Numbered from the stretch's first letter, positions 17,985 to 28,146 are shown. The stretch is 28,658 nucleotides of DNA from Candidatus Aegiribacteria sp. (GCA_046498225.1 JAWOBF010000088.1:1-28658), one strand, 5' to 3'. Notes: a model not told the origin generated them from the sequence alone. Translations and numbers: made by a program.

Positions 17985-20900
17985 TACAGCTCCTCCCCAT
18001 CGTCCGGCAGCAGTTCAACATCCAGCGCCAGGCTCCTCATCTCGTTCTGAAGCACATTGAAAGATTCGGGAGTAAGGGATTCCGGTATGTTCTCCCCGTT
18101 GACCATGGCGCTGTAGGCCCTGGCCCTTCCGTCCACATCGTCGGACTTGATGGTGAGCATTTCCTTCAGGCAGTGGGCGGCGCCGTACGCCTCCAGAGCC
18201 CAGACCTCCATCTCTCCCAGTCTCTGGCCGCCGTTCTGCGCCTTTCCTCCCAGCGGCTGCTGGGTTACCATGGCGTAGGGGCCGGTGGCCCGGGCGTGAA
18301 GCTTGTCCTCCACCTGATGGGCCAGTTTCATCATGTACATGCATCCCACAGTGACCATCTGGTCGAATGGCTCACCGGTTCTGCCGTCGTAAAGTACCGA
18401 CTTGCCGCCCCTGTCGAAGCCCGCCTCCTCAAGAGAGTCCTCTATCTCGGTGTTTGTGGCGGAGTCGAAGACAGGGGTTATCACGTCGTAGCCCATCTTC
18501 TTAGCGGCCCAGCCCAGGTTGGTCTCCATTATCTGGCCCACGTTCATCCTGCTGGGAACACCCAGAGGGTTAAGGCAGATGTCCACCGGAGTGCCGTCGG
18601 GCAGGTAGGGCATGTCTTCCTGGGGAACTATGATGCTGACCACACCCTTGTTCCCGTGGCGGCCCGCCATCTTGTCGCCAACCTGCAGCTTCCTCCTCTT
18701 GGCGATGTAGACCTTCACGGTCTTGATGACGCCTGGAGGAAGGTCGTCCCCGCGCATAAGCTTCTCTTCCCTGGTCTCCAGCTCGTTCTCCAGTCTCTTG
18801 TGTTCCCTGGCGGCGTTCCTGAGGATCTGGCGGGTCTCATCGTCCGCCTGCAGGTCCTCCACCAGCTGCTGGCTGGAATCTATATCGGAGAAGTTCACCT
18901 GGTTGAGGAACGCCGCGGAAAGCTTGCGCCCGGACGGCACCAGTACCTCCCCGGTCATCCTGTCAACGATACTCACCGCCTTCTGACCCTTCAGGACCCG
19001 CTTGAGAAGCTTGTCCCTCTCCTCCAGCAGCCTCTTTTCCTTATCCTCGAATTCCTCGCGGTATCGGTCCCTCTTCTCGTCTATCTCCCTGCGGGTCCTC
19101 TCGGTCTTGTCCTTTCGGGAGAAGACCTTGACGTCTATCACTACTCCGTCCATTCCGGTTGGGGCCCGGAGGGAGGCGTCCTTGACATCCCCGGCCTTCT
19201 GGCCGAAGATGGCCCGGATGAGCCTCTCGGACGGGGAGAGGTCCTGCTCGCCCTTGGGAGTGATCTTCCCCACGAGGATATCCCTTTCCCTTATGCGGGA
19301 GCCCACCTTGATGATACCGTCGTCGTCCAGGTTCTCTATCTCCTCCGGATTGTCCACGCTGGGCAGCTCCCGCGTGAGTTCCTCGGGACCGAGCTTGGTC
19401 TCTCTGAACTGGGTCTCCAGCTCCACCACGTGGACCGAGGTGAACATGTCATTTCTGACCACTCTCTCGCTGACCACGATGGCGTCCTCGAAGTTGTACC
19501 CGTTCCAGGGGAGGAATGCGACGGTGGTGTTCACCCCCAGGGCCAGCCTGCCCTGCTCGGTGGCCATTCCATCGGCCAGCACGTCACCCTTCCTCACTTC
19601 GTCGCCGGGACTGACCAGGGGTCTCTGGTTGAAGCAGGTGTCCTGGTTGGTCCTCTTGAATTTATGCAGCCGGTAGGTGTCGTACCTGTTGAAATCGTAA
19701 ACCTCCGCGTCAGCCTTGACCACTATGTGGTCGGCATTGACCTCCTCCACGTTCCCGGACCTTCTGGCGGTGAGCAGTGTGCCCGAATCAAGGGCCGCCC
19801 TGCCCTCCATGCCGGTGCCCACTATGGGTGCCTGGGGATATAGCAGGGGTACGGCCTGACGCTGCATGTTGGAGCCCATCAGGGCCCTGTTGGCGTCGTC
19901 GTGCTCCAGGAACGGTATGAGCGCCGCGGAGACCCCGATGAGCTGTACGGGGCTCACGTCGATGAACTCGACCTCCTTGGGTGACACCATAGGGTAGTAG
20001 CTGGCACGCTTCGACCTTACTAGAGTGTCCGTGAGGTAACCGTTCTCGTCCACGGTGGCATCGGCCTCCGCGATGGTATGTCTATCCTCCCTGTCCGCCG
20101 ACAGGTAGACCACCTCGTCGGTTACCCTTCCGTCGATAACCCTTCGGTAGGGTGTCTCGAGAAAACCGAACCGGTTTATTGTGGCGAAGACGGCCAGCGT
20201 GGTTATCAGGCCGATGTTGGGGCCTTCCGGCGTCTCCACGGGACACATTCTGCCGTAATGGGTATGGTGCACGTCCCTGACGTCGAAGCCGGCTCTCTCC
20301 CTGGTCAGGCCTCCCTGGCCCAGGGCGCTGGTCCTTCTCTTGTGCGTCAGCTCGGCCAGAGGGTTGGTCTGCTCCATGAACTGGGAAAGCTGACTGGATC
20401 CGAAGAACGTGTTCACCACGCTGGACAGGGTCCTGGAATTCACCAGGTCGTGCGGGGTCAGCTTCTCCCTGTCCTGCTGCCCCATCCTGTCCCTTATTGT
20501 CCTGGCCATCCGGCTGAGACCCTTCGAAAATTCCTGTCCCAGGAGCTCGCCCACGGTGCGGACTCTCCTGTTGCCCAGATGGTCGATGTCGTCCGAGGTG
20601 TTCCTTCCCTCCCGAAGCCTGATGAGGTTCTCCACAATGGCCACCAGGTCCGGCACCGTCAGGGTCAGCTTCTCCATGGAAGTGGATATGTTTAGTCTCT
20701 CGTTGAGCTTGTACCTTCCCACCTCGCTGAGGCTGTACCTCTTGGAATCGAAGAACATGGATCTGAGGTAGCTCCTGGCGTGGTCGAGGTTGGGGGCTTC
20801 CGTACCTCTGAGAGCCTCGTATATCCACATGGTCGCCGAATCTTCGCTCTTCGTGACACCCGCGCCCAGGGAAGTCTCTTCCTTTGCCAGGGTCTTTCTG

Positions 20901-21823
20901 ATGCCGTCGAAATCGTTGGTCTCCATGCGCGGGGCGAGAAAGTCAGCCGAGGTGATGCCGTGCTCCACCAGCATCTCTATCTTCTCGATGCTCTCCACAG
21001 GTTCGTCACAGCGTACCAGTCGCTCTCCGGTCTCCGGGTCGATAATGTCCTCGGCAAAGGACTTCAGGACCAGCTCTATGGCCTTGGACCGGCTCTTGAG
21101 AGCGCTCTCCAGGTCTTTGGTCACCTTGGGGTAGAAACGGGAGAGTATCTCCGAGTCGTTCACCAGGCCCAGGGCACGGAGGAGCATGGTGACCGGTATC
21201 CTCTTGGGTCGCCTGTCTATGTTGACGTATATGATGTCATTGTGATCAAGTTTGAGATCGAGCCAGGAACCCCTCTGGGGTATGACCCTGGCCTGGTATA
21301 TCCGGTTGCCCCTCTGCATGGTGGTCTCTTCGAAGAAGACGCCGGGGCTCCTGTGCAGCTGGTTGACTATGACCCGCTCGGCACCGTTGATGACGAAGGA
21401 CCCGGTCCTGGTCATCAGCGGGAGTTCGCCGAGGAACACGGACTGGTCGATGATCCGGGAGACCTTCCAGGAGTCGGGAGAAGGCTTGCCGTCATCGGTA
21501 TCCGCGACGTTCCTGAAGACCAGCCTGAGCATAGCGGTCAGGGGGGCTGAATAGCTCAGTCCCTTGTCCATGGCCTCCTGCACCGTGTACTTGGGTATTC
21601 CAAGCTCGTAGGAGACGTACTCCAGAGAGAACTCGCGGTTGCTGCTCTCTATGGGGAATGTATCCTGGAATATCTTGTGAAGTCCCTGCGGAAGACGCTC
21701 GTCGGGCTGAACCTCATCCTGCAGGAACCTGCTGAAGGACTCCCTCTGTATCTTCAGCAGATCCGGGATATCAATGACCGGCTGCACTTCGGAATAGTTT
21801 ATTACAGGTCTGTTAACCTTCAC
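17984..21823 (-). CDS. rpoB: RNA polymerase beta subunit
   Basis: [49 protein letters not shown]; start moved to GTG 21823, 7 nt after GAGGAG (ORF track gives 21838). Confidence 0.98.
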   Translation of the reverse strand: MKVNRPVINYSEVQPVIDIPDLLKIQRESFSRFLQDEVQPDERLPQGLHKIFQDTFPIESSNREFSLEYVSYELGIPKYTVQEAMDKGLSYSAPLTAMLRLVFRNVADTDDGKPSPDSWKVSRIIDQSVFLGELPLMTRTGSFVINGAERVIVNQLHRSPGVFFEETTMQRGNRIYQARVIPQRGSWLDLKLDHNDIIYVNIDRRPKRIPVTMLLRALGLVNDSEILSRFYPKVTKDLESALKSRSKAIELVLKSFAEDIIDPETGERLVRCDEPVESIEKIEMLVEHGITSADFLAPRMETNDFDGIRKTLAKEETSLGAGVTKSEDSATMWIYEALRGTEAPNLDHARSYLRSMFFDSKRYSLSEVGRYKLNERLNISTSMEKLTLTVPDLVAIVENLIRLREGRNTSDDIDHLGNRRVRTVGELLGQEFSKGLSRMARTIRDRMGQQDREKLTPHDLVNSRTLSSVVNTFFGSSQLSQFMEQTNPLAELTHKRRTSALGQGGLTRERAGFDVRDVHHTHYGRMCPVETPEGPNIGLITTLAVFATINRFGFLETPYRRVIDGRVTDEVVYLSADREDRHTIAEADATVDENGYLTDTLVRSKRASYYPMVSPKEVEFIDVSPVQLIGVSAALIPFLEHDDANRALMGSNMQRQAVPLLYPQAPIVGTGMEGRAALDSGTLLTARRSGNVEEVNADHIVVKADAEVYDFNRYDTYRLHKFKRTNQDTCFNQRPLVSPGDEVRKGDVLADGMATEQGRLALGVNTTVAFLPWNGYNFEDAIVVSERVVRNDMFTSVHVVELETQFRETKLGPEELTRELPSVDNPEEIENLDDDGIIKVGSRIRERDILVGKITPKGEQDLSPSERLIRAIFGQKAGDVKDASLRAPTGMDGVVIDVKVFSRKDKTERTRREIDEKRDRYREEFEDKEKRLLEERDKLLKRVLKGQKAVSIVDRMTGEVLVPSGRKLSAAFLNQVNFSDIDSSQQLVEDLQADDETRQILRNAAREHKRLENELETREEKLMRGDDLPPGVIKTVKVYIAKRRKLQVGDKMAGRHGNKGVVSIIVPQEDMPYLPDGTPVDICLNPLGVPSRMNVGQIMETNLGWAAKKMGYDVITPVFDSATNTEIEDSLEEAGFDRGGKSVLYDGRTGEPFDQMVTVGCMYMMKLAHQVEDKLHARATGPYAMVTQQPLGGKAQNGGQRLGEMEVWALEAYGAAHCLKEMLTIKSDDVDGRARAYSAMVNGENIPESLTPESFNVLQNEMRSLALDVELLPDDGEEL

Positions 21824-21887
21824 CTGATCACTCCTCACGCTTGTTAGGAAGTGAAGCTAGTAAATTCATAAAATCGTTACGGCACGA

Positions 21888-21923
21888 ACGGCGGAAGAGG
21901 TTTGTGCAACCGTCCCCCGCCGC
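21888..21923 (-). promoter_or_regulatory. GC-rich hairpin in the rplL-rpoB spacer (possible attenuator or processing site)
   Basis: mRNA GCGGCGGGGGA...UCUUCCGCCGU with inner GGUU/AACC; G-U pairs form on the mRNA strand only; poor U-tract. Confidence 0.5.
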
Positions 21924-21939
21924 CTGTTGAAGTTGGATG

Positions 21940-22320
21940 CTACTGAAGCTTGACCGTGGCCCCAGCTTCCTCCAGCTGCTTCTTGAGGGCTTCCGCCTCT
22001 TCCTTGTCCATCTCCTCCCGAAGCTTCGAGGGGACGTTATCAACAAGTTCCTTGGCTTCCTTGAGATTAAGCTCAAGGGCGTCCTTCACTATCTTGATAA
22101 CGGGTATCTTCTTGGCCCCGAAGTCCTCAAGAATGACGTCGAACTCGGTCTTCTCCTCAGCGGCGCCCGCCGCTTCAGCGGGCGCGGCGGCCGCGGCGGC
22201 CACGGGGGCTGCGGCTGAAACACCGAACTTCTCTTCCATTTCTTCAACGAGTTCGGCCAGTTCCAGTACGGTCATGTTGGAAATAGCCTCGATTATGTCA
22301 GCCTTCTTGAGTTCACTCAT
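21940..22320 (-). CDS. rplL: 50S ribosomal protein L7/L12
   Basis: [10 protein letters not shown]...[39 protein letters not shown] 22320 with GGAGG SD. Confidence 0.98.
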   Translation of the reverse strand: MSELKKADIIEAISNMTVLELAELVEEMEEKFGVSAAAPVAAAAAAPAEAAGAAEEKTEFDVILEDFGAKKIPVIKIVKDALELNLKEAKELVDNVPSKLREEMDKEEAEALKKQLEEAGATVKLQ

Positions 22321-22369
22321 TTTCTTCCTCCATTTGCTGCGGCACCCGCAGGGGTCCGCCACCTTCTTG

Positions 22370-22903
22370 CTAGTTCTCCTTGGTCTCCCTGATCGCGCCT
22401 AGCGCGTAGAAGAATTTCCGGATTATTCCACTGCTAACTGATACGAAACCCTGCAGGGGCGAATTGGCGGAACCCATGAACTTCGCCAGCAGTTCATCTC
22501 TCGAGGGGATATCGGCCAGCTTCATGAGTTTGCCCACCTCGTAGGTCTCGCCCGAAACAAGGCCGCCCTTGACCCTGGGAAGACCGTCATGGTCCTCGGC
22601 GAACTTCTTGATGATCTTGATGGGCACTACCTCGTCATCGGCGTAGGCCAGTGCCGTAGGGCCCTCCATCATGGAGTAGACATCCTCCTCGTCTCCGACC
22701 TCTATCTGGTTGAAGACCCTTCTGAGAAGGGTGTTCTTGACCACGGTGAAGGTTATGTCGTTATCCCGCATCTGAACCCTGAGGTCCGTCATGTCGGCTA
22801 CGTCTATCCCTGTGAAATCCGCCAGGATGACCGATTTCGCGGTGCCGAGGTCCTCGACCAGGGTGGCTACTACCTTCTCCTTCTGTTTTCTTGAAACAGC
22901 CAT
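22370..22903 (-). CDS. rplJ: 50S ribosomal protein L10
   Basis: [28 protein letters not shown]; position between rplA and rplL. Confidence 0.97.
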   Translation of the reverse strand: MAVSRKQKEKVVATLVEDLGTAKSVILADFTGIDVADMTDLRVQMRDNDITFTVVKNTLLRRVFNQIEVGDEEDVYSMMEGPTALAYADDEVVPIKIIKKFAEDHDGLPRVKGGLVSGETYEVGKLMKLADIPSRDELLAKFMGSANSPLQGFVSVSSGIIRKFFYALGAIRETKEN

Positions 22904-22917
22904 TCAGTCATCACCAC

Positions 22918-23622
22918 CTATCGAATTCTGGCTCGAAGATCGTTGATGTCGACCTTGATGCCCGGTCCCATAGTGGACGAGACCGAGATATTCTTCATGT
23001 ACTGGCCCTTCACGCTGGAAGGCCTCAGCTGTACGACCTTCTCGTAGAAGGACATTATGTTCTCCGCCAGAGCCTTCTCCTCGAAACTGGACTTGCCAAC
23101 CGGAACGTGAAGGTTGCCGGTCCTGTCAACGCGGAAGTTTATCTTCCCCGCTTTGGCTTCCCTGACGGCTTCCGCCACGTCTTCGGTGACGGTACCTGTC
23201 TTGGGGTTGGGCATCAGTCCCCGGGGACCCAGTATCCGGCCCAGCTTGCCTACGGTCCGCATCATGTCGGGGCTGGCGATGACAACGTCGAAATCCAGCC
23301 AGCCTTCCTGTATCTTCTCTGCCAGTTCCTCGTCCCCTACTATGTCGGCTCCCGCCTCGCTGGCCTGGTCGGCCTTCTCTCCGGCGGCGAATACCGCGAC
23401 CCTTACGGACTTGCCGGTGCCGTTGGGAAGAACGCAGGACCCACGGACCATCTGGTCTGCGTACTTGGGGTTCACGTTCAGGGAGACCGCCACCTCCACC
23501 GTCTCGTCGAAACCGGCGGTGGCCAGTTCCTTGATGAGCTGGCAGCTCCTGTCGAGGGTATATCTGGTGTTGCTGTCAACCTTTTCCCGGGCCTGGCGGA
23601 ACCTTTTGCTCATTGTAGCCAT
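22918..23622 (-). CDS. rplA: 50S ribosomal protein L1
   Basis: [39 protein letters not shown]. Confidence 0.98.
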   Translation of the reverse strand: MATMSKRFRQAREKVDSNTRYTLDRSCQLIKELATAGFDETVEVAVSLNVNPKYADQMVRGSCVLPNGTGKSVRVAVFAAGEKADQASEAGADIVGDEELAEKIQEGWLDFDVVIASPDMMRTVGKLGRILGPRGLMPNPKTGTVTEDVAEAVREAKAGKINFRVDRTGNLHVPVGKSSFEEKALAENIMSFYEKVVQLRPSSVKGQYMKNISVSSTMGPGIKVDINDLRARIR

Positions 23623-23623
23623 C

Positions 23624-24049
23624 TCAGTCCACCACCTCCAGACCCATGCTTCTGGCGGTGCCGGCTATCATGGATACGGCGGTCTCCATCGAGGCCGCGT
23701 TCAGGTCCTTCTCCTTGAGTTTCACTATCTCACGGAGCTGGTCCATGGTAACCGTACCAACCTTGTCCCGGTTGGATTCCGGTGACCCCTTCGCCAGACC
23801 GGCGGCCCTCTTCAGAAGGACCGAGGCCGGCGGGGATTTCAGTATGAAAGTAAAGCTTCTATCCTTGTACACGGTTATCACCGCAGGAATTATAAGGCCT
23901 TCGCTCCCCCGGGTGCGGGCATTGAATTCCTTACAGAAACCGGCCAGGTTTATCCCGTACTGTCCCAGCGCGGGACCCACGGGAGGAGCCGGTGTCGCCT
24001 GCCCTGCAGGCAGCTGAAGCTTTACCATACCCAAAACCTTCTTGGCCAT
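23624..24049 (-). CDS. rplK: 50S ribosomal protein L11
   Basis: MAKKV from ATG 24049 with [35 protein letters not shown]. Confidence 0.98.
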   Translation of the reverse strand: MAKKVLGMVKLQLPAGQATPAPPVGPALGQYGINLAGFCKEFNARTRGSEGLIIPAVITVYKDRSFTFILKSPPASVLLKRAAGLAKGSPESNRDKVGTVTMDQLREIVKLKEKDLNAASMETAVSMIAGTARSMGLEVVD

Positions 24050-24086
24050 GGTAAGCACTCCTTTCCCGCCACCGCAACCTCCCCGT

Positions 24087-24138
24087 AGTGGTCACAGCGG
24101 CTTTCTGCGCGGGAAGACGGAAAAGCCGCCCTCCCTCT
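24087..24138 (-). promoter_or_regulatory. Putative L1-binding autoregulatory leader upstream of rplK
   Basis: mRNA GGGAG-[GGCGGCUUU...AAAGCCGCU stem]-GUGACCAC resembles the GGGAG/helix/ACCAC L1 site known from rplK-rplA leaders. Confidence 0.6.
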
Positions 24139-24154
24139 GTTCTCCGGTCCTTCG

Positions 24155-24751
24155 TCAGACCGGTCTTACCTGGGAGAAATCTATCTCCACAGGAGCTTTG
24201 CGGCCGAAGATGGTGAAGATGACCCTCACTCTGCCGCGCTCGGGATTGATGGATTCCACAACCCCGGTAAAATTGTTGAAAGGCCCCTCGATGACCCTGA
24301 CGGTCTGTCCGACCGAATAGGGAACCCTGACAGTCTTGGCCTTGTCCGAACCTTCCGCCTGACCCTTCAGGCGGTTTATCTCCTCATCGCTGAGCGGTTT
24401 CGGAGTTCCCTGGTTCATGGGCGGAAAACCGCTTACGTTGCTCATGGACCGGATGTCCATGATCATTTCCTGTTCCAGGTCCAGCTGCACGAAGACATAC
24501 CCCGGATAGAGCTTCTTCTTCCTGGAGGTCTTTCTGCCGCGAACGTTGGAAGTCACCTCCTGCGTGGGAATGAGCACCTCTCCGACCTTATCGGGATATT
24601 TCCTGCTCAGCTGTCCCTCGAGGAACTTCTTTACCCGCTTCTCGTATCCGGAGAAGGAATTCACCACGTACCAGGAAAACCTGTCGTCCTCCTCCGCCGC
24701 GGCGGAATCCTCTTCGATCTCCGTAGGTTCGCTTTTCTCGTCTTCTACCAT
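24155..24751 (-). CDS. nusG: Transcription elongation factor NusG
   Basis: WYVVNSFSGYEKRV, YPGYVFV, KOW VRVIEGPFNNFTG, IFGRKAPVE; acidic N-terminal extension. Confidence 0.97.
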   Translation of the reverse strand: MVEDEKSEPTEIEEDSAAAEEDDRFSWYVVNSFSGYEKRVKKFLEGQLSRKYPDKVGEVLIPTQEVTSNVRGRKTSRKKKLYPGYVFVQLDLEQEMIMDIRSMSNVSGFPPMNQGTPKPLSDEEINRLKGQAEGSDKAKTVRVPYSVGQTVRVIEGPFNNFTGVVESINPERGRVRVIFTIFGRKAPVEIDFSQVRPV

Positions 24752-24789
24752 AATCCTGTCCTAATTGAGGGACCGCAGCTTCCGTAATC

Positions 24790-25026
24790 TCAGTGGATCA
24801 GCCTGATCAGGCCGCTTATGAGCGTGGCCGAGAACTGATCCGCGGCGAATATCCACACCGCGGTAACACCCACGGCGAAGAGAACCACCCATGTGGAAGC
24901 GACGACTTCCTGCTTTGTGGGCCAGGCGACCTTTGTAAGTTCCGCCTTGACTTCCCCGAGGAATTCTACGGCGGCCTTCAAACCTCTTACGATAATGTTG
25001 CCGTCCCTGGTCTTGTTACGAGCCAT
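24790..25026 (-). CDS. secE: Preprotein translocase SecE
   Basis: FLGEVKAELTKVAWPTKQEV plus one TM helix; ATG 25026 with GAGG SD. Confidence 0.95.
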   Translation of the reverse strand: MARNKTRDGNIIVRGLKAAVEFLGEVKAELTKVAWPTKQEVVASTWVVLFAVGVTAVWIFAADQFSATLISGLIRLIH

Positions 25027-25068
25027 GATCCGTCCTCTTCCACTGAATTCTGTTCCAGATGAAGATAC

Positions 25069-25144
25069 TGGCAGGGCAGGAAGGACTTGAACCCTCAACC
25101 GCCGGATTTGGAGTCCGGTGCACTACCAATTGTGCTACTGCCCT
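25069..25144 (-). tRNA. tRNA-Trp(CCA)
   Basis: 76-nt cloverleaf AGGGCAG...CU-CCA-AA...GGUUCAAGUCC...CUGCCCU-GCCA. Confidence 0.97.
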
Positions 25145-25164
25145 GCGCAACTTCTTACGAATAA

Positions 25165-25314
25165 CTACTTCGTTTCCCTGTGAAGGGTATGTTTATTGCA
25201 GAACCTGCAATACTTCTTCATTTCCAGTCTGCCGGTGGTGGTCCGGCGGTTCTTGGTGGTGGTGTAGTTCCGCCTTCTGCATTCCTGGCAGGCGAGCGTG
25301 ATTATTACCCTCAC
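25165..25314 (-). CDS. rpmG: 50S ribosomal protein L33 (Zn-binding type); missing from the ORF track
   Basis: Manual translation from GTG 25314: [49 protein letters not shown] (49 aa). Confidence 0.97.
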   Translation of the reverse strand: MRVIITLACQECRRRNYTTTKNRRTTTGRLEMKKYCRFCNKHTLHRETK

Positions 25315-25326
25315 TGTATATCCCGT

Positions 25327-26526
25327 CTATTCCTGGATCTTGTCGACCACACCGTGCCCGACGGTTCTTCCGCCCTCACGGATGGCGAAACGGAGACCCT
25401 CTTCCATGGCTATGGGAGTAATGAGAGTGATCTTCACCCCGTCAACGTTGTCTCCGGGCAGAGCCATCTCGCGGCCTTCCGGGAGTTCGATCTCGCCGGT
25501 AACGTCGGTGGTACGGAAGTAGAACTGGGGACGGTAGCCGGAGTTGAAGTGCTTCTTCCGGCCGCCTTCCTTCTCCCTGAGCACGATGATGTTGGCGCGG
25601 AACTCAGTGTGAGGAGTGACCGATCCCGGCTTGGCCAGGACCATTCCGCGCTCCAGCTGGTCCTTCTTTATACCCCGGAGAAGCAGGCCGACGTTGTCCC
25701 CCGCCTGGCCCTCGTCCAGTATCTTCCTGAACATCTCCACGCCTGTGCAGACGGTCTCGATGGTCTCGTGTATGCCGACCCTCTCGACCTTGTCCCCGGT
25801 GTGGATGATACCCCTTTCGATCCTTCCGGTCCCTACGGTACCGCGTCCTTCTATGGAGAACACATCCTCCACGGGCATGAGGAAAGGCTTCTCGGTGTCG
25901 CGCTCGGGAGTGGGGATCCACTCGTCCACGGCTTCCATGAGCTCGTATACGCACTTGGCGTCCTCATCTTCAGGCTCGCCGCTGGAGTTCAGGGCCTTCA
26001 GGGCGCTTCCCCTTATGATGGGGGACTCGGGGTCGAAATCGTACTTCTCGAGGAGTTCCCCGACTTCCATCTCCACCAGTTCGAGAAGTTCCTCATCGTC
26101 CACCATGTCCACCTTGTTGAGGAAGACCACCATCCTGGGAACGTTCACCTGACGCGCCAGAAGAACGTGCTCCTTGGTCTGCTCCATAACACCGTCGTTG
26201 GCGGCTATGACCAGGATGGCCCCGTCCATCTGCGCGGCGCCGGTTATCATGTTCTTGATGTAGTCGGCGTGACCCGGGCAGTCCACGTGAGCGTAATGCC
26301 TGTTGCCGGTCTCGTACTCCTGGTGGGAGGTGGCGATGGTTATTCCGCGCTTCTTCTCCTCGGGGGCGTTGTCGATCTTGTCGAACTCCACATAGCTCAC
26401 GTTATCGTACTGCGTGGCAAGGCACTTGGTTATCGCAGCCGTGAGTGTGGTCTTGCCGTGATCGATGTGACCTATGGTCCCCACATTGACGTGAGGCTTG
26501 GTCCTCTCAAACTTCTCCTTGGCCAT
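25327..26526 (-). CDS. tuf: Elongation factor Tu
   Basis: [45 protein letters not shown]. Confidence 0.99.
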   Translation of the reverse strand: MAKEKFERTKPHVNVGTIGHIDHGKTTLTAAITKCLATQYDNVSYVEFDKIDNAPEEKKRGITIATSHQEYETGNRHYAHVDCPGHADYIKNMITGAAQMDGAILVIAANDGVMEQTKEHVLLARQVNVPRMVVFLNKVDMVDDEELLELVEMEVGELLEKYDFDPESPIIRGSALKALNSSGEPEDEDAKCVYELMEAVDEWIPTPERDTEKPFLMPVEDVFSIEGRGTVGTGRIERGIIHTGDKVERVGIHETIETVCTGVEMFRKILDEGQAGDNVGLLLRGIKKDQLERGMVLAKPGSVTPHTEFRANIIVLREKEGGRKKHFNSGYRPQFYFRTTDVTGEIELPEGREMALPGDNVDGVKITLITPIAMEEGLRFAIREGGRTVGHGVVDKIQE

Positions 26527-26613
26527 GGTCTCTCCCTTTCTACTTTTTCTGTCTCTTTCTCACATCCATGGATGTTGCGTTCTCAGTACTTGTCTGCCGC
26601 GTCCGCCACTGCG

Positions 26614-26689
<76 letters not shown>

Positions 26690-26779
26690 CCGGCAGTATT
26701 GCCCGCGCGCTTCCTTCCGCGCGTTCGAAAATAATCCAGCGGTGTCCCGCCGCTCCCGTCGAACTTACCCCGATGCGGC

Positions 26780-26855
26780 TGGAGCGGGAGACGGGGGTCG
26801 AACCCGCGACCCTCAGCTTGGAAGGCTGATGCTCTGCCAACTGAGCTACTCCCGC
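26780..26855 (-). tRNA. tRNA-Gly(TCC)
   Basis: 76-nt cloverleaf GCGGGAG...CU-UCC-AA...CUCCCGC-UCCA. Confidence 0.97.
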
Positions 26856-26914
26856 AAGCCGTTACCTCGTTATATAACAACGAGCTATCAAATTCATATG
26901 CGCTTCACCAGGAG

Positions 26915-27000
26915 TGGTGGCGAGGGGTGGATTCGAACCACCGAAGGCCATTGCCAACAGATTTACAGTCTGCCCCCTTTGACCGCTCGGGAACCTCGCC
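26915..27000 (-). tRNA. tRNA-Tyr(GTA)
   Basis: 86 nt with long variable arm, GGCGAGG...CU-GUA-AA...CCUCGCC-ACCA. Confidence 0.97.
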
Positions 27001-27037
27001 AGCTCCTGTTATCTATTTGCTCGGCACTTATCCCCTA

Positions 27038-27113
27038 TGGAGCTGGCGAAGGGACTTGAACCCATAACCTGCTGATTACAAATCAGCTGCTCTACCAGTT
27101 GAGCTACGCCAGC
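27038..27113 (-). tRNA. tRNA-Thr(TGT)
   Basis: 76-nt cloverleaf GCUGGCG...UU-UGU-AA...CGCCAGC-UCCA. Confidence 0.96.
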
Positions 27114-27126
27114 GAAGCGAACCTGA

Positions 27127-27155
27127 AGCATATAGAAACCCTCTGCCACTGTCAA
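27127..27155 (-). promoter_or_regulatory. sigma70-type promoter of the tRNA-tuf operon
   Basis: TTGACA-17 nt-TATGCT, 13 nt upstream of tRNA-Thr(TGT). Confidence 0.8.
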
Positions 27156-27195
27156 GATTCCTTCCGCCCTTCCTGCAGGCGGAATACCTGGAGTA

Positions 27196-27225
27196 TTGAC
27201 GCAGACAAAAGGTCTTCTGTAGCTT
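27196..27225 (+). promoter_or_regulatory. Putative divergent sigma70-type promoter
   Basis: TTGACG-18 nt-TAGCTT upstream of the GAGGAG SD (27256-27261) and ATG 27267. Confidence 0.5.
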
Positions 27226-27266
27226 AACTGTGAAAAGTAAGCTAAAGCCTTTTCTGAGGAGTGTCA

Positions 27267-28124
27267 ATGTACAGATTCGGTATCGTTCTGTCGGCCGCGG
27301 TTTCTCTTCTGGTCATTGCCGCCGGATGCGGCGGCGGGTCTTCGGTTACCGACGAGCTCCGTGTGGTTCCGGGGCTCTGCTTCCTGCACATGCACCTGAG
27401 CGAGGACCTCGACATCTCGCTTATGCCCGGGGGCGCCGAAACGCTCCTGCCGCTGCAGCTTGTAGATTCCCTGCATTCCCGTGGCGGCCTGGGGATCAGT
27501 CTGCTGGGGGTTAACCTCACCGACCTCTCACCGCAGCTGCTCTTCCTCTCGAGGCATGTGGACCCCGGCGAGATGGTCGGGATCGGCGAGGCCTGCTTCG
27601 ACTGCGAGGCCCGGGAGACCGATGATGGGTACGACCTGCTGGACAGCAGGGGGAGCATACGCGGCTCTGTAGCCGGAAAGGACGGATGGACTGCCCTGGT
27701 AACGGGCAGCGGCGCCGACCGCGCGGCCCGCCGATGGCTGTCCATGGAACAGGAAGCGTCGCTGGCCGCCGACAGCGACCTGGTATCCATCTCCGAATCC
27801 GACGCCGACGTAACCATCCTGGCATCGAGGAACTCCATAAGTTTCCTCTCGGTGATCCCTACGGGAATGCTCACACGGCAGCAGATGAGCTACCTCACCA
27901 TAGCCCGGAATTTCATAGCCGACCTGGGGCTCACCGCCGCAGGGCTCAGCCTGGATGTGACAGACGGCGGCACCGGCGGCATGGACGCCGAGTTCAGGTT
28001 CGTCAGGGAGGGCGGTCATATCGCCACCATCTCCCTGGGTTTCAGCGATACCGGCATACCTCCCGACAGCGCGGTCCGTTACCTGACCGGGTTCTACGGT
28101 CTTGATGGAGTGGGCGGACGATGA
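27267..28124 (+). CDS. Hypothetical lipoprotein (285 aa)
   Basis: SD GAGGAG; signal peptide with lipobox MYRFGIVLSAAVSLLVIAAG-C followed by a GGGSS linker; no family recognised. Confidence 0.8.
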   Translation: MYRFGIVLSAAVSLLVIAAGCGGGSSVTDELRVVPGLCFLHMHLSEDLDISLMPGGAETLLPLQLVDSLHSRGGLGISLLGVNLTDLSPQLLFLSRHVDPGEMVGIGEACFDCEARETDDGYDLLDSRGSIRGSVAGKDGWTALVTGSGADRAARRWLSMEQEASLAADSDLVSISESDADVTILASRNSISFLSVIPTGMLTRQQMSYLTIARNFIADLGLTAAGLSLDVTDGGTGGMDAEFRFVREGGHIATISLGFSDTGIPPDSAVRYLTGFYGLDGVGGR

Positions 28125-28146
28125 GAAGGGGACGGAGGGTTTTATT

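Noticed and set aside
17980..17990. Possible rpoB-rpoC fusion
   Set aside because: rpoB ends in TAA overlapping the rpoC ATG (TAATG) in a different frame, which is ordinary translational coupling
10818..19843. Long plus-strand ORFs (10818-12710, 13659-15692, 17954-19843) and similar ones such as 25180-26643
   Set aside because: They are antisense shadows of fusA/rpsG, rpoC, rpoB and tuf, expected from G/C-ending codon bias, and have no recognisable motifs
22160..22215. GCC/GCG-rich low-complexity tract
   Set aside because: Encodes the normal Ala-rich hinge of L7/L12, not a DNA repeat
26562..26575. Perfect 14-bp palindrome ACATCCATGGATGT in the tuf leader
   Set aside because: Single copy, no associated promoter or known operator recognised; could be a small hairpin or chance
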